From contig KZ538573.1 of the NCBI GenBank assembly GCA_000934665.2, forward strand, positions 1 through 60,947: a DNA stretch of 60,947 bases, read 5' to 3'. The position numbers and the translations under genes are program-made. The notes beneath the pieces are model-generated. The model saw only the letters and a list, made by a program, of their open reading frames with translations, was not told the origin of the DNA and did no database searches. Shown piece by piece: positions 57,733-60,947 of this stretch (the first letter of the stretch is position 1; every line of letters begins with the position of its first letter). The DNA is from Catajapyx aquilonaris (lineage: Eukaryota).

Positions 57733-60700
57733 GCTATTATTGCTATTGCTATTGCTATTGCTATTATTATTGAGAAGGAAGATGGTGTTTTCGAAAGGAA
57801 ATAATCTGTAATTGCAGTAGAGGGACCAGAGGAAACACCAGAAATTCCACGTTAGGCCAATTAGCATTGGAATTCGAACCCATGACCTCCTAAATGACTA
57901 CCGGAGGCAGAATTTGGGAAGGAGATGAACACTTGGAGGACTAGGTAAGCATGATTTATGCCACTGGAGATACTTAAACTCCAACCAGGTGATAGGTGCA
58001 ATCTAACCAGCAGCCAAAGAAAATTTTAATACCAAAGCTTAGGCTCCTCACCTGGAATGAGGTTTCTATGTAGTTTTTTCCCTCCATGCTGTCATTAGGG
58101 AAAAAGTCACAAATTTAGAACATGAAAATGTAATGTACAAGTCCACAAAATATACTACTGATTTTGATCTTCTGGTCAGGAGGGCTTCCCCCAACCTTTG
58201 TCCACACATACAGTAGTACCTTTAAGAAAAAGTGCAACCATACTGTGATAGTGTCATGACCCAGTTGTCACCAAAAATCTTGCCTCTGAATGGGGAAGTT
58301 GGAATTGAGGGAGTGAGACAGTAAAACAACGTAAAATAACGTACCTAATTTCATGATCGTGTGATTATACTATGGCTAGATGCCAATCACCCTACAAAAG
58401 GCTTTATCAGGTTCCCGAGAAGGCTAATGGCATATACTTAGCATGTGGTGGCTTCTTTTCGTCGAAATGGATTAGAACCTCATCAGGACTTGTCAGGTTT
58501 GAACATAAGTGGCCCCAGGCCAGTACTTAGTCAATGGAGTCTTGATCGAAGATACACTGCTTGGCATTGGACATTGACGCTAGGCATTGACTGTAGATTT
58601 ACCTAAGCGTCCAGGCATTCTGCATTATCTGTAGTTTTTTAAGAATGCTCTAGAAGCTGCTGCTCAGAAGGTCCTCACAGTAGGAATCACTCTTTGAACT
58701 ATTGTAGAGAATTCATGGCCCATATTGTGGCTTCATTTGGATCAAGAGATGGGGAGGCTGATGGAGGAGGCGAGTGAAGAGTAGTGATTATACGGGGAGT
58801 GCAAAGAGTGGGCAGAGGGGTGTGTCCCCCCCACCTGGAAAAGTACTTTTAAGCGATCCTATGCACTTTATTTTTTTCTGTAGAGTTTGATACGATTTAT
58901 CAGCCTTTGTACAGTGTTCCTTGTGACAAGTGAGAGGTGGAAGAAAGCTCTATTTTGCCACTTTCAAAATCCCATTACACAGTCCCATATGGGGTTCTGC
59001 CACTAAAATTTTGGATCATAGTTAAATAGAATGGAATAGGTCTCGTGAATGAACTTGATTTGTACTGTTCCCTTGTAAGTCTGAAAGCTTTTGTGGTGAT
59101 AGGAAACCCCCAACCAGGTGATAAGTACTTTCATGTAATAAGAATATCTCAGTTATACACACAGAATATGATGGAAGCTAATGACCTCATGATCAACTTG
59201 CCATTTTTAAAACTTTTATTGTCTCAATTTTAATTCAAAATCCACTAGTGGCAAGGAGGAAGACTGAGTCGACAGGCTCTGTTACTCTAGATTCATTACA
59301 TGGATATAGGTTTGTGTGCTGGAAAAGAGTTGACAAATCTTTTATGGATGAGGATAAGAGGGGTGTGCAGATGTTTTTTGGTGAAATTATAAATATGAGA
59401 GATGTGCTTGTAATGAAGTTGGTGCAATGTTATGGGCCTTTTTTTATGATTGAAGGTGTTGATGGTAAGCAATAATAATCCAGGTAGTGCTTGACTTCAT
59501 TGCAAGGTACTGTATGTATCGAGAACCTTTTTTATACTTTTGTGTACAGTACATTTTGGAACCTTTTTACTAAGGGCCCGAGTCCATGGGCAGGGGTGAG
59601 CAGGAGGGGAGGTGCAAGTGCAATGTCAGTACTCAGTCATTTTGGGAGTTCTCCCAAGTGTTAGTCTCAAGGAGTCCCACCTAAAATGGAGCCAGAGACG
59701 ACCCAACTCGAAGCAAGATGAAGGGGGGAATGCCGGGGCTTGGGATCGAATCTGGGACCTTTCCATCTGTGGGCAAATACAGTACGTTACCGCAGCACCA
59801 CTTCACTTCCCCAATGAAAAATAAATTTGTTTCCACTTTGGACACTTCAGAGATAATCGAGAAAATTGTGAAATTTAGCTTAATTTTGTTTTCACTTGTG
59901 AATTCTGCAAGTTCAAGTGCCTTATCGTAATGAAATTCAGAATGCATGGCTGATCTAGATCAATAGATAATAATCAAAATGAAATGTGTACAGTAAAAGT
60001 TCATATCCAAGCCCTACTTCTTTAATACAAAGGAGTTATCTCCAAAAGTGTAACTCATTCACATGTCCTGATATATGTTCAAAAATACAACTAGGAAATA
60101 TGGACTGTACTGATGTACACCCATCTATCCAGTGTAATCGCATATTCTTTATTTCAACACGCCTATAAAGTGAAATACTGACACTATTTCACATTCAGTT
60201 GTTGTATGAATAATTACTGATGTATTCTTTTGTTATTAACATGCCTGACATTGCCCACGGCATTGCTCATCGTGCAGATGCACACACTTTTATGGTGAAC
60301 ATTATGCAGACACTGTGCTGGAAGGCAATGATATGTTATTTGGTACTGTATGCAATGTTTGTTGCTATAGTCTCATTTTTATATGCTCCATATGGCACAT
60401 CATTTGTTACAATATATTTTTGTGTAATGCTCAGTGTGCAAGTTTTGGAATTTGGTGCATGTGAGGGGGAAGGAAGGATGAGGCACCCCCTACCCATGAG
60501 AACTACTGCACCATTGGAGTGGGTGGAGACTAATGGCTCGTATACGGAGTGAATATAATGTTTTTGATGGAAAACGGCCAGTTTATCATTAACTGAAACC
60601 GCCTGAGCCATTTTTATAGCAAATCATTTGCACCATTTTATGAAGTGCGTTTTCTTTATCCTGAACATGGAATTATCTTAAAATTGATATTTCTTTGACT

Positions 60701-60947
60701 TTTTTTTTCATTTAATCTGTTACTTTTTAAGTGCTTATTTTCAGTTGATTTTTGTAATATTTGAATATTAAACTTTTTATATGAACAATATGTGGCAGTT
60801 TGAATTCCTGGAATCCATGGCTTTCAGCATTCAATTTAATTCCTGAATGAAAGATTAAGGTGGAAATGAAGCGACTTGCTAATCAAATGAGAGTCTAGAA
60901 TTGGAATGTTAATAAGAAGGGCTAAAATCAGGGAAACATACGCAACC

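Noticed and set aside
60220..60552. 110-aa hydrophobic ORF
   Set aside because: No recognisable homology or clear splice signals, so it cannot be supported from this window.

Overview
Eukaryotic genomic DNA, most likely from an arthropod (probably an insect), from a draft assembly with small N gaps beside poly-C/G tracts. It is about 60 kb and very rich in transposable elements. The main host gene is an 8-coding-exon UPF1-like SF1 RNA helicase of the Armitage/MOV10L1 type on the + strand (ATG 22293, stop 50983, about 1165 aa). All seven introns are GT-AG and phase-compatible. A second spliced gene on the - strand (three phase-compatible exons, 9520-7131) encodes a coiled-coil, low-complexity protein I cannot assign to a family. 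The rest is a nested TE landscape: a near-full-length degenerate R1/LOA-like LINE (gag, APE, RT, RNase H) in the 16-kb first coding intron of the helicase, itself interrupted by a SINE and by an inverted ~150-bp satellite-like array; two solo LTRs with 4-bp TSDs; several tRNA-derived SINE families that share modules; Helitron-like pieces; an Academ-like remnant; and about 20 MITE or fold-back elements, including a nearly perfect palindrome built from two mariner 3' ends. No prokaryotic systems or CRISPR arrays are present. The most unusual observations are the recurrent 'same end twice' fold-back architecture, the satellite fold-back inside the RT, the orphan - strand gene, and the hairpin/TE load inside a probable piRNA-pathway gene. 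Any functional reading of these is inference.
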